The notes: generated from the letters alone by a model not told the origin. 64,000 nucleotides of DNA from Octopus sinensis (GCF_006345805.1 NC_043013.1:49290001-49354000); one strand, 5' to 3'; counted from the first letter of the stretch, positions 35,647 to 48,499 are shown. Program-made: numbers and translations.

Positions 35647-35886
35647 TTGCAGCGTGGAAGGTGTTTATAAGCCATTTCAGAAACACACAAAAACCGTTAG
35701 ATTCACTTCAACATTTAAATTTAATTTGTCAAAATATTTTCGTCGCTTTGAGATCGCGACCTGTTCACTGACAAAACTTCGTGCTGCATCTTCGGGCTGA
35801 GATGCAGCACGAATTTAAATGTTGAAGTGAATCTAACGGTTTTTGTGTGTTTCTTAAAAGACTTATAAACACCTTCCACGCTGCAA
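35647..35886 (-). mobile_element. PLE-terminus-like unit: 75-bp inverted arms enclosing a hammerhead-like motif and a 12-bp hairpin
   Basis: Arms 35647-35721 and 35812-35886; motif 35725-35775 (-); hairpin 35780-35811. Confidence 0.7.
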
Positions 35887-36532
35887 TTGTTTTTGTTCCA
35901 GCACACGATCTCAGATCAAGTCACTTGCTATGCAAGTACATCTCCGTAATAATATTATAGTGTTTTCTATAATTGCCATACTTCTGTATGCACTACATCA
36001 TACTGTTTGTTACACTATAGCATGTGCCACGTTTTAGCTTATGCAACATCAAAGTGTCTGACATACCATGATGAGTGCCATATTCGCATGTATGTTACAT
36101 CATGGCGACAATTTTTTTTTCCTGAGGCATATCACATCATCATAAGTGTGCATCGCATCGTAAATGGGTAAGATGCTCCCTAAACTACGTATAGTAATAT
36201 CATATTATTGCACAGATATTAAATGATTTCATTTCTATTTCACTTTACGGTATTCAACAATTTTATGTGACAGCAAATTGTGATATCGCAGTTGAAGACT
36301 GTTTATTATCCAATTAAATATAATTACTTAGCTTTTTACTTTCAAAAATGATACTTTTTTATTTTGTATAATCAAATTTTTTTAAGTTTTGTAAGTTTTC
36401 ACGTCTGTCCAATGCAATTTTTTAGCAAAATGTATTAAACACATTGATTCAAAACAAAACAATTTATATATTTGTTCTAACAATTTCCCTGTAGATGCAT
36501 TTTTCTAACACAGTTATTTCTATCTTTTCCAG

Positions 36533-36651
36533 GAGGCCAAGTTGTCTTCGATCCATCTTCATACAGCTTGTTAGCAGAGTCAAATAGATTGAGTTCATCG
36601 ATTAGTATTCTAATTTTGTGTTTTCTTTGTATAATTACATGGATTTATTAA
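36533..36651 (+). CDS. Cntn: Contactin-like last coding exon (GPI-anchor signal, stop TAA)
   Basis: cttttccag|; GGQVVFDPSSYSLLAESNRLSSSISILILCFLCIITWIY*; small-residue stretch plus hydrophobic C-terminus with no cytoplasmic tail, as in GPI-anchored contactins. Confidence 0.88.
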
Positions 36652-36685
36652 TGTTACCATGGTAAGTTAAAATCTTATGTTCATA

Positions 36686-36864
36686 TACTCTTTACTCTCT
36701 TTACTCTTTTACTCGTTTCAGTCATTTGACTGCGGCCATGCTGGAGCACCGCCTTTAGTCGAGCAAATCGACCCCGGGACTTATTCTTTTTTTGTAAGCC
36801 CAGTACTTATTCTATCGGTTTCTTTTTGCCGAACCGCTAAGTTACGGCGACGTAAACACACCAG
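36686..36864 (-). mobile_element. SINE A 3' fragment just after the contactin stop
   Basis: tactctttactc...cgtaaacacaccag. Confidence 0.85.
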
Positions 36865-36867
36865 TAT

Positions 36868-37139
36868 CACAAGGCTCCTGCAGGGGATGGTGGTGAACCC
36901 TCCTGTACTCTTTCACCACAACTTTCTCTCACTCTTTCTTCCTGTTTCTGTTGTACCTGTACTTCAAAGGGGCCGGCCTTGTCACTCTCTGTGTCACGCT
37001 GAATATCCCCGAGAACTACGTTAAGGGTACACGTGTCTGTGGAGTGCTCAGCCACTTACACGTTAATTTCACGAGCAGGCTGTTCCGTTGATTCGGATCA
37101 ACCGGAACCCTCGTCGTCGTAACCGACGGAGTGCTTCCA
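36868..37139 (+). mobile_element. SINE B 3' fragment fused to the preceding SINE A fragment
   Basis: cacaaggctcc...ggagtgcttcca. Confidence 0.85.
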
Positions 37140-37487
37140 TGTGCCATTAGGGCTCATCGGAAGTCTTTTTCTTCGTCGTATTTTTGTGCATACGCCCTAA
37201 CTCTGACAAAGCTGCCTTCATGCGTTCCGTCGAAAACATTGCTAAGGGCGATTCTCGCCGCTCTGTACATCGGTCCCGATGTCTTTTCTAATCGCCTCTT
37301 CTAGACTGATAACACGTTACCTTTCCAGCCTATTTTCTCTGTTGCTATCGTTTTGATTAGACCCTATCGATTTTGATATAATCACTTTCTTCTAGATACT
37401 CCGTCACCGGTGGTTGACGACTGATCCCGTCAACTTGAAGGATAGCCTTCACTAAGTTTTGATACCTTTCTAATAATTTACTTATTA

Positions 37488-37905
37488 GGGATCTTTTCGG
37501 TTTGAACGGCAGTTTTTTCTAGCGGTGTCATATGAAATTGTCACCCATGGTTATGACCCTAGTATCGATCTATTGCATTTCAATCTGTTTTAGGGTTAGG
37601 GTTAGGGGTGGGTTGAAGGGTATCTTTTTTTCTTCACAAATGTAAATAAACCCAATCTGTTTCTTAAACGAGGGACATATTCATACGCCACAGAATGTTA
37701 TATACCTCAATAGACGTCAGTGATTGGTTGAAATTGCAGAAATTGAAGAAAAAAACAACAAATATCTTACAAACTATAGAATTTTCTCAATAAAGCCAAG
37801 AGAAAAAGATGTTTTATAAACACATTCTACCAGTATACGCAGTTTAAAATTTTTTAGTTACCTGGAAATTATGTTAAAAACTGCCGTTCAAACCGAAAAG
37901 ATCCC
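37488..37905. mobile_element. PIF/Harbinger-type MITE
   Basis: ~30-bp TIR gggatcttttcggtttgaacggcagttttt, TTA TSD on both sides. Confidence 0.85.
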
Positions 37906-38171
37906 TTATTAGTTCACCCTTTAATCTAGTTTTGCTTATCACTACTTTTTCGATAAATTTTATTGATTGCACTCAATTAACTTCTTCAGTTGTCGATAAT
38001 CGTCTGTCAACTACCGCTAATTCACTCATCTGTCTGCTGCAAACACTGCAATCTAGGAACAAGTTAAGCGTCTAAGGATTAGATCTTTGACAATGCGTCC
38101 TACCTAGATCGATCGTGCAAATCACAAATTCTTTGAAGCTGATCGTTTGAAATTATAGACATATATATCTA

Positions 38172-38400
38172 TATTTCTTTACTACCCACAAGAGGCTAAA
38201 CACAAAGAGAACAAACAAGGACAGACAAAGGGATTAAGTCGATTACATCGACCCCAGTGCGAAACTGGTACTTAATTTATCGACCCCGAAAGGATGAAAG
38301 GCAAAGTCGACCTCGGCGGAATTTGAACTCAGAACGTAACGGCAGACGAAATACGGCTACGCATTTCGCCCGGCGTGCTACCGTTTCTGCCAGCTCGCCA
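38172..38400 (-). mobile_element. SINE family C
   Basis: Full rc copy. Confidence 0.9.
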
Positions 38401-38628
38401 CATTGTATATCATTTCAATCCGCCAACCTGGATGGCTCGATGCAATGATTCTAAATATACACCGGTATATTCGGGGACTCTAGTCATTACCTGTTAAACT
38501 AATAAAACTGAGTTGTTTCTTGGGGCTTTTACATCCCACATGCTTATTAGCTTGCTACATACGTTCCTAGCGTGAGTTTAAAACGCCCTTAAATCTCGAG
38601 GGCGGGGTTTAATCATGAATATTTTAAA

Positions 38629-38835
38629 GGCGGCGAGCTGGCAGAAACGTTAGCATTTCGCCCGCCGTTACGTTCTGAGTTCAAATTCCGCCGAGGTCGA
38701 CTTTGCCTTTCATCCTCCCGGGGTTGATTAAATAAGTACCAGTTACGCACTGGGGTCGATGTAATCGACTTAATCCGTTTGTCTGTCCTTGTTTGTCCTA
38801 TCTGCGTTTAGCCCCTTGTGGGTAGTAAAGAAAGA
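38629..38835 (+). mobile_element. SINE family C with TSD aatattttaaa
   Basis: TSD at 38618 and 38836; head deletion. Confidence 0.85.
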
Positions 38836-39131
38836 AATATTTTAAAGGTGCCCCAAGAAGTCTGTGTGAAGAATGAACACTAAGTTTGTGAATATCACCT
38901 TTGCTACCGTTCATGTCCTGCACCTCCGATTTAACATTTAGATCGAGAAAGTCTGTCCGCACCTCGAAATCCGATGTTTTCCAAAGCGATTTGTCATCCC
39001 ACCACCTAATCCGGACCATACACAATTTCCCTACATCTCATAGCTGTCCATGATAGGTGCGAGTTTATGCATCTCGGAAATTCTGGCTCGTTGATAGCTA
39101 TTACATTTGCCTAGTGACTTATAATCCGTTT

Positions 39132-39358
39132 TTTTATTACCCACAAGGGGCTAAACATCGAGGGGACAAACAAGGACAGACAAACGGATTAAGTCGATTA
39201 CATCGACCCCAGAGCGTAACTGGTACTTAATTTATCGACCCTGAAAGGATGAAAAGCAAAGTGGACCTGGGCGGAATTTGAACTCAGAACGTAACGGCAG
39301 ACGAAACACGGCTACGCATTTCGCCCGGCGTGCTAACGTTTCTGCCAACTCGCCGCCT
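39132..39358 (-). mobile_element. SINE family C
   Basis: Full rc copy. Confidence 0.9.
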
Positions 39359-39750
39359 TATAATCGTTGAACAATTGACTTTCTTTGCAAACCAGCTTAT
39401 GTGTATTTAAATTACCTTTTCTGGCTTCGGCAATGTTGGTCAGAAAAGGTGTCAAGAGTTGTTTTCGGCGGATATCTACAATTCCTTGCGACCTGTAATT
39501 CATCGTTCTACTTTCTTTTGTTAGTGTCCTCCATTAGAATATTTTAAAAAAATATTTCAGATAAATTTGTTCTTTCTATTTTCAGAGAATAGCCTTAAAC
39601 GGCGCAGAGATAAAGGCACTGACCCGTACCTTGATGTTGAGGTTGATTTCGCAACAAAATGAAACACAGAAAGCAACAAAAACAAATAACTAAACAAGCA
39701 AACTACCAACAATACTTTTTCCACAAAGGGAAACGTCATTTACATAGGAA

Positions 39751-39787
<37 letters not shown>

Positions 39788-40639
39788 TTTTCGTTCGAAC
39801 CGAATAACATTTATCCGAATAAACCCAATAAGAAAGAAGTCACACTTTGTAAAAATATAACAATCTAAATGGCACCAGGAGTTACCTTATTCATCTGTCT
39901 TAATCATTGAGCCTTAATCATCTAGGATTACACAATATTTTTCAAACTTCGAGTGTAATATACCGTTTTCGATTCATCTGACATCACTTAAACATTTTTT
40001 TACTTTGGAGTAATGTAAACTTCAACCCTCCCATTCTGTCACTGCAAATTCAATATTTTCAAGATATACATTAACATACAATATCTGAATCGATGCATAA
40101 TAATCCAAAGGAATTAATCTATTATGCATAATTTCAACAAAACTCTGAGGAGATACAAATTCCAAAAGCTGTTAAGCTGATATATTCTTTGAGCAGATTC
40201 AACACGTTTATATATTTCTATTTTTGAAACAATACCTTATGTATATTTTCTTATTATGAGATCTAGGTTTTTGTTTTCTTTCAGTTTTGTAAAGAGAAAA
40301 TTACAACTGGGTCAAAAAGTAACTTTTTGTATGATAAAATGCAAAGACACTATAAAAAATTTTGTATTAATTTTTTTGTAATTTGTTTTAAAATAAAATA
40401 TGTAGAAAAGTATATACTGCTACTGTTTCATAGTTTCATAAAGATGTGATTAAAAAACATGATTATCAACCTTTTAATTTTCTAACCAACTTTTAAAATT
40501 AATACAAAACATTTTCATGAAAGAAAATTACCGGAGAACTTTCATCTAATTATTCCAAATCTTTCTGTTAAAACTGTAGTGAAATCATTCGTGGGAAATT
40601 TTTTTTATTATTACAGCAACTGGTCGCACACTACAAGGT

Positions 40640-42420
40640 TTAACGGAACCTACTGAAGCAAGTCATCATTCTCGCAGCATAACCACGGGCGAAGACGAGG
40701 TTAAGGTGTTAGGAAAACCAAGCGTCCTCGCGGACATCACCTGACACCTCGGTGAGGCGAGCTGCCAACGTTGACAAGAACTTCGCTGTTAGTGGCCCAG
40801 TCCCTCCGAACGTCTCAAACGCCACAGGTTGGAAGAGATAGTTCACTGTCAGGTCCCGATACTTCAGGGTTGTATTGCGTTTGGCTACGGAAGCAGTGAC
40901 CCTCCATTAACTGCAGCATCCAGGGTATGGGAGGGAACAAAGGAGTCGTAGACTGTGACGTCCCAAATGAGGCACCTATCTCTAGCCCAGGGACAGAGGG
41001 TAAGACTATCTGGTCTCTTTCCATCACTTCTGGATAACCCCGATGGCTCCAGAACTGAAATGATATTAATCCGAGCCAGGGTCTGCTTAATGATTAGGTT
41101 TAACTCGGTGTGACGAGCGAAGCAACTAGCTTTTACACAGCAAAAGAGATCGTGAAGACCTGTGGGGTCGAGGAGGCCTACCACAGCGGCATCTCAGTCC
41201 CCTACAGACATCAGGTCCAATTCTGAGCGCGGAGATGCGGAGTAGACCTCCATGGATATGCGGAGTAGACTGAGTAGAATTCCAATGTTGGCCACAGACA
41301 GGGCATCAATCCAGTCCCCTGAGAATTTTGTACTAGCTGAAAGTAGGCGATACCTTGAAAATTGATCAGATTGATCAAGGAGAGGGTTGAAAGTGGCACC
41401 TGAACGCAGATTGTCCCATACTCTCTGTTTCTGCTTACCCTCCACTGTAAACGGAACTGACAAACCCAGCTCTATCCACTGTGATAGAGATTTATCCATC
41501 TCCCTGTTGGAATTAGTCCATGTTGGAGAGGAGAGGATGCTGACTACGAAAAGAGACCAAACGTGGATGGAGGAAAGAAAGCAAGGAAGAGCACTTGCGC
41601 AGACCTAGACCCCAAAACCGTTTGAGCAAAGTAGCCTGGCCATGCGAGTCTAGAGAGAGTTTGACATTGACTAGGCATTCGAGTTTCTTGAAGATTAGGT
41701 CGTCCATGTATTGGAGGACGACAGGAATCTGTAAGCGGGACTAACTCTCAGAAAATACAATAGCTTAGGAATAGACAATTCCTAAGTATAAAAAACCTTG
41801 GTGGGAGTTCAATTACTTCAAGGTTTTTTTAAAAGTTGTTCGAGGTTAGCTATTTTAGATCTAAAGATAGATTCGAAAGCTAGGTCAGTAATTGGGGTTC
41901 CAAGGGAGCAGCACGCTGATGAAGGAGGAATGCTCATGCGAAGCTGGGTGGCTGAGGGACCAGGGCTCGCATTGGGAGCTGTTAACGTTAAGACATCTAA
42001 AATAAAGTTCCTCAATCATCCCCTTCGCAGTTACAAGCACCTTATCAGGAGAGCCTCCCATCGAAATCCTAGACATTTAGGTCTAAGTCGGCTCCCAATT
42101 TGGTAACATCATCAATACCCAATGCGAATGGGGCAGGACCAAGTGGATCACCCTGTTAGACTCCAGAGGCAAATGAGATGAGGTGGTCACCAAATGAGAG
42201 GTAGGAGGACTCCCGATAGGTTTGCCAAGCGATGTGATAACGTGGTGGGGGAATTCTCCTCTATTGAGGGGAGGATGACGTCTCGACTGATCGAATTAAA
42301 AGCAGTCTTAGGGTCAAGTTTGGGGATGACCTTTGGGGACTCAGAGGGAAAGATGGTGAAAGCTATGGTGGCACGAGCATCAGCCTCACAACCTAGCTTA
42401 GTACCCACTCCTAGGTGAAT
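40640..42420 (-). mobile_element. CRE-like (RLE) non-LTR retrotransposon relic
   Basis: GTKLGCEA..KLDPKTAFNSISRDVIL (RT); RHTELNLIIKQTL..LEPSGLSRSDGKRPDSLTLCPW..CLIWDVTV (restriction-like endonuclease). Confidence 0.8.
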
Positions 42421-42495
42421 AGGGAAATATTCCTCGGTCAGATATTAATTTTAAAATTTGCTAGCAAAATCTTATAAAATGAGAATGTCTTAAAA

Positions 42496-42827
42496 CAATG
42501 GTTCTTAACATGAAGGGCTCGCCCCCTAGGGGGTGTTAGTAATCTCTAAGGCGGCGCGAGCCCTTGAAAAGGTTAGGAATTTCTCTAATTATACTTGTTA
42601 TTCTCTTAACGAAAGCATAGTCTAATAAGGAGAAGTTTATGAAAAATTCAAAAGTGTCGTCTTATACCTTTAGTTTTCTTATTCTATTATCTTAGTGCCG
42701 CTTTTCTGTTCTTATTAAAATCCCTTCATATCCCTCAAAACCCTCACTAATTCTGAATATTAGCTTTAACATTTGCCTTTAGCTTGTAATTTTTTTTTTA
42801 TTACAAGACTCAGGTTAAGAACTACTG
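42496..42827. mobile_element. hAT TIR-bearing segment
   Basis: caatggttcttaac at 42496 after tctTAaaa; gttaagaactactg at about 42814-42827. Confidence 0.45.
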
Positions 42828-43569
42828 GTGTAAAGCTTAGCTATTATTATCGTGTATAAACAAACATCTTTTTCAGTTAATAGGTTATAAACAAGTTTAA
42901 TCCATAGTATTCATCTATATGAAATAATGTGATTCTTAAAAATCAAGAGACATGCAGAAACATCAAATCATTATAGTAATGTTATAAGAAATATCAACTT
43001 AATTTTAAAAATTGAAGACTAATTTTAAATTTTAGCAAGATGAAAAAAATATTATATTTAAAAATAGGAAATAAAACAAAAAGTAGGTAATAGGTTCTAC
43101 TATCGCTCAATTTAACAAATTTTTTTTAAAAAAACTTAAAACACAGATTAGAAAAAATAACTTTAACAATAAAACCAAAATTTTTAATATTAAATGCTTA
43201 TGTTAAAAATATAGTAAATTTTTTGTAAGAAAAAAAATTATAATATAAATCCAAATGTTAAACTAAAATTCAGATTTAAATATTACAGAAAGTACTAGGT
43301 AAAACTAAAAGTTATGCAAAATCTTTTCTTTATTAAAGAAAGTTTTTTATATATTTTCGTACGAATAAATACAATATTTTTTGTACAAAGTATTCGTATA
43401 ACTTTTCTATTAATTTAACTTTTATTCCATATTTTTCTGTTTTAATTTTTTTTCAGAACTTTTTACTCCAAGCTTGGGCTAGCGCTCTAACTAGGGCCTT
43501 GACATTACCTTACACGTGCCTTATTTTTGTTCACATATTTGTGTTGTCCACTGCACATCAAATAATTCG

Positions 43570-45220
43570 CAATTAGTGCAAAGGAGCGGAAATATCTTGA
43601 CGAATATATTCGATTTAGATTCGTATCACTCCAAAAGGGTGACACAGAAGTCCCCCAGTGTGTGATATGTTACAAAACTTTGAGCAATGATGGAATGTGA
43701 CCTTCACGCTTGGAATGTCACTTGAGGACAATACATCCTGCTCTTGGAGACAAGCCCAAAGCATTCTTTGAAACAAAAAGATATTCCTTGAAGCAAGCTA
43801 AGCTGGATGGCAGTGGTGCATTTCGGCAACAAACTTCAATGGTTGTTGAGGCTTCCTATGAGATCGCCATATTGATTGCAAAGAGCAAGAAGAGCCATAA
43901 CATCGGAGAGTCTCTCATAAAACCAAGTCTACTCCGTGCAGCAGAACTCGCTCTGGGGAAAGATAGTGCAAACATGCTTCCTCAGATTTCACTATCAAAC
44001 TGTTGAGTCAAGAGAAGGATCGATGACTTGTCTCAAGACACTAAACATCAAATTCTCGACCAAGTAAGAGGTTCTCCTGTTTTTGCTATCCAGTGTGACG
44101 AAACGACTGATATCGGCTCAGTGTTCTCTGCTACTAGTATGGGTTCGTTTTGTGTCAGGCAACTGTGTAAAAGAAGAAACAGTTGTACAATAGCAGCAGC
44201 TATTTTTCGTGATTTATCAAACTTCTTTCAGCGAAACCATCTTTCGAGGGATTCGCTGGTAGGGGTGTGCACTGATGGAGCTCCAGCCATGCATGGTCTG
44301 CAGTCTGGATTCATTACTAACATCCAGAACCTTACCTACTGAAGTGAGAAATGTCCAGAACATAGCTATCAATGTTGTCAACTTTATTAAAGGTTGAGCC
44401 TTAAGCAATCGTCTTTTCAAATTGCTGTGTAAAGCTATGGAATATGAATATAGAATATTGCTTTTTCACACGAACGTACGATGGCTATCAAAGGGGAACA
44501 TACTTGGAGGGCTGTATGAACTACGAGAAGTAGCAATATTTCTAGATTTGCAACAGAAGGCAGATCTCCATAACAAGTTCCAGTCTGAAGGCTTTCAGCT
44601 ATCTCTAGCTTACCTGGTTGACGTCTTCGAAGCGTTGAATGCTACAATGGAAAATCATCAACATTCTCACGCACCACGACACCATTCGAACCTCCATGGC
44701 CAAATTCGACCTCTGGAAATGTCGAATTTAGCAGGGAAATACAGTCCCAGCTTTAGTTACTTGGATTCTGCTCTCATTCACGATAACCTTGGTTCTGAGC
44801 TAAAGAAACAAACAATTACTCATCTGACTTGAAAACAGAATTCATCAGATTCTTCCCAGATACAGATGAAAATCGTGAAGCTTGGAAATTCATCAGGATC
44901 CCATTTCAGTGTGAAGTGACTGTTGTTTTGGATGAAGTGCAAGAGGAGTTTCTTGAGCTGAAGTTCAACTCCCCAGCCAAGGAAGACTTCAAAGAACTGG
45001 ATCTTGGAACGTTCTAGATCAAGTATCTTCATGTTTACTCCCTGATCTCACATCAGGCTCTTCGGATTTTAGCTATGTTTGGACCCACGTATCGTTGCCG
45101 TCAAGACCCAGTACATAAACAGGCTGGACGTTGAAAGGGACTTATGTTGTGCGCTCTCTAGCATTCAACCACACATTCAAGATCTTGTAGCTAAGAAGCA
45201 GTGTCAAGTATCTCACTAAT
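43570..45220 (+). pseudogene. hAT (Buster/Charlie, SCAND3/ZBED-like) transposase relic
   Basis: KRRKYLDEYI..PQCVIC..LECHLRTIH (BED finger); EASYEIAILIAKSKKSHNIGESLIKP; FAIQCDETTD; CTDGAPAM; LFHTNVRWLSKGNIL; stops and frameshifts. Confidence 0.9.
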
Positions 45221-45289
45221 AATGTGACTAATTCATATTCAATAATTTTTTTTTCTTTTGATAAACAGCAATGTCTCATAGCTTCTAGT

Positions 45290-47160
45290 GTTCGCATAAC
45301 TTTTAGAGTATGTAGGTCCCAACTCTGTCCTTCTTAGCCACGACTGGGCAGCCTGTGACAATAAGATTTATTGTCCCTTCTCCATAACCACATATTTTGC
45401 AGTTACTTGTATTTCTTTTCATTATGTGTTTTTTTGTGATTTCTGTGTGGAAGGCTTTGATCTTGTTCTGTAATTTAAAATTCTTCAGTCTGCTTTGAGT
45501 CCTGAGCTTCTCGGCCATTGTCTGTTTCTTTTCAGTTTTGGGGGATTTTGCTTTGTCTATTTCTTTTCAGTTTAGCTTAACCCAATGTTTGCTTTGCTAC
45601 GTAGGCTTTTCTTGTAATAGTTTTATCATGATACGTTGCTGTTCCAGTTTTAGCTTGGATTCCAGTTGTTTTACAGCTTTTGTTGTTTCTTTTTTTTTTC
45701 ATATTTGTTAGGTACTGCGACTTCTTTCTTTGTATTTATCAGCTTCCTTAAAGACAGAAAACATTTTTGTTTTGTTCGTGTTTAGTGGCTCTTTGTATCA
45801 GTTTCTGGAGTGGGTATTTCTGTAATATTATGGTAGTTATTTTGTAATAATTTTCTAGTTGTATAAGGCCTCCACCACCTTCAATATGTTGTATTTATAA
45901 ACTTTCTATGTCAGATTTTGTGTGGTGTATCCTAAATCCTGCCATTATTTTTCTTGTTTTCCTGTCTATTTTGCTTAGTTCGTTTAGAGTCCAGCTAATG
46001 ATATTGTAGCTGTAACTTATAACTGGGGCAACTAGAGTGTTGATACCCATTATCTTGTTTTTCACATTGAGCTCTGTTTTCAGTATTAATCTAATTCGTC
46101 TATAGTATTCCTTTCTTATGTTCTCTTTCCTTGTGTGTGTTGTATCGTATCTAGTTCATTGATTCCTAAGTAGTTGCATGTCTGGCTTTGGTCCAATTCT
46201 CCTATTTCATTTGCTTTATTTAGTGTGATGATACTACTCTTAACTAGTTTCCCTCTTTTCAGGGTTGCTTTGGCACATTTTTCTAAGCCAAATTTGGTAA
46301 ATCCATGTACTGTCAGTAGTAACGTTTCCAGCTGTTTATCATTGGTAACATACAGTTTTAGATCATCCATTTACAAGAGATGATTGGTTGTTTTGCCATA
46401 ACAGTTGTATCCACATCCAGTTCTGTTTAGCATGTCAGATAAAGGTGTCAGTGCCAGACAGAAAAGAAGTAGAGAGAGCGATTCCCTAGAATATTCTTCT
46501 CTTCTAATGGGGATGGCTTTGGTTTTTATGAGTCGCTTTTATCTGGAGCTCTAGCACTGTTTGACATTTATTCATGGAATGCTTTATATATTTTATGATT
46601 ATTGGTGCTACCTTGCTCATGGCTAGTGCTTCTAGGATCCATGTGAGGGGAATACTACCAAAATCCTTTCGATAATCGATCCAAGCTGTACTTAGACCCG
46701 TTGGCTTTATTAATCAGTACTGGGTTTTACAGCCGTATGGACCCACGCAGCATCCCATCTGCTCTTCTGGAAACAGGTTATTTTCTTCCAGATGTTTGTC
46801 TATTCTCTGCGATATTATTGCAGTAAAGTCTTTGTAAATTGTAGGGAGACAAGTTATTGGTCTGTAATCTTGTGGGTTTGCCGTTTCAGTGGATTTGGGA
46901 ATTAGGATAGTTTTCCCTTCTGTGAGCCATTCGGGCATTGTCTCTGGCTCTGCTAATATTTCACTAAATTTCTCAGCCAGCCTTTTATTATTGGTGCTAC
47001 CTAGTTATTGGCTAGTGTTTCTAGGGTCCTTGTGTGGGGAATATTATCAAACGCTTTTTGATAATCGATCCAAGCCATACTTAGACCCATTTTCTTTCTT
47101 CAGCTGTCTTCTGTTATGGCTTTATTGATCAGTACAAAGATTGTTGGTACCGACTAACAC
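45290..47160 (-). mobile_element. R4/Dong-like (RLE) non-LTR RT relic
   Basis: PEWLTEGKTILIPK..DYRPITCLPTIYK; AWIDY.K.FD; MDDLKLY; FGLEKCAKATL; CKICGYGEGTINLIVTGCP. Confidence 0.85.
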
Positions 47161-47392
47161 TTTCTCCAGTTTTTATGGCCTTGTATCTATGCCTGACACC
47201 CGTCTATGCCTGTCACGTTCGCAGCAAAATGTTTTATACTCTTCATCTGACCTGTTTTCAATTGTGTTCTTATACAAGCATTGTAAATGTTAACCTTCTA
47301 TTTTTTTCATCTTGGCATTAGTATATACATTCTTTTAATCTGTGACTGAAATGAAAACTTTTATCTAGAAATTAGATTATGCTTACAATGTG

Positions 47393-47423
<31 letters not shown>

Positions 47424-47426
47424 CAG

Positions 47427-47612
47427 TCGCCATGATAGATCGTTAGCCACTACACACATTTTTTTCTCTCCTTGTTTTTTCTGTGTCCCTTTCTGTAGAA
47501 GAGCGTAGGCTCGAAACGTAAAAGACTTTTTCTATTCCTGATCGTTATACTAATACATGTTTGTTTTGTACACCACCTGCCTTCGTCTTTTGTTTTTTTC
47601 GTAAACTCTCCC
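47427..47612 (+). mobile_element. Short family-E element with hammerhead-like motif, between (TA)n tracts
   Basis: Homologous to 59288-59499; CTGTAGAAGAGCGTAGGCTCGAAACGTA. Confidence 0.7.
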
Positions 47613-47621
47613 TATATATAC

Positions 47622-47661
<40 letters not shown>

Positions 47662-47674
47662 TATATATACATAC

Positions 47675-47742
<68 letters not shown>

Positions 47743-48070
47743 ATATATAATATATATATATATGAAGTATAAGGAAAGGAAAAATTGTGGTTGTAGACGA
47801 AGGTTAATTTATAATTCAGGTTGGCACAGAACCAATATACATTCTACAAATTGTTTCGGAATCTCATTAGTTCCAAAGACAAAAACGAAAAACTCTTAAT
47901 GAAATAAAAATTAGATTCTCCGTTGGGAATTAAATACTGATATAAATAATTACGACCAACACAAATATACAAGGACTTTTCACAGCCCTAACGGGAACGA
48001 ACAGATAATAATAGAATGAAAGATAACTAGAACGCCAGATATTCAATACGGGAATATATATATATATACA

Positions 48071-48200
48071 AATCAAAATAAGCAACAAGAATGTCTTCGG
48101 TAATTTGGTACGATCGTTTCACGCTACATCATTTTATTAAACATTGTAAGTATTACAGCAGTTTTAATTACCGAAGATATTCTTGTTGCTTATTTTGATT
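48071..48200 (-). repeat. 35-bp inverted repeat around a truncated hammerhead-like 3' half
   Basis: Arms 48071-48105 and 48166-48200; rc GAAACGATCGTA at about 48109-48120. Confidence 0.6.
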
Positions 48201-48499
48201 ATAATCACCCCATGGATGTATATGGATAACACCATACAAATTCTGGCGTTTTATTAACATTCTAATTCACGATATCTAGAAAAGGCAAATAAATTTAATG
48301 AAAAATATTTAACCACTAAAATAATAGGGTTATCTAATCAAAATTAAAAATTACTAACTACAAACCGATATATTATCCACTAAAAAGTAATAAATGTTCT
48401 AATTCAAACTTGATAATATGGTAATATCAATATCAAAATAAAAAGAAAAAGAAAATGCAATTCTTTTGTTTACAAAATAGCCTTCTACAAGTAAAACTG

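Noticed and set aside
37590-37607. TTAGGG telomere-like repeats
   Set aside because: Only about three units, internal to a Harbinger-type MITE; not a telomere or healing site.
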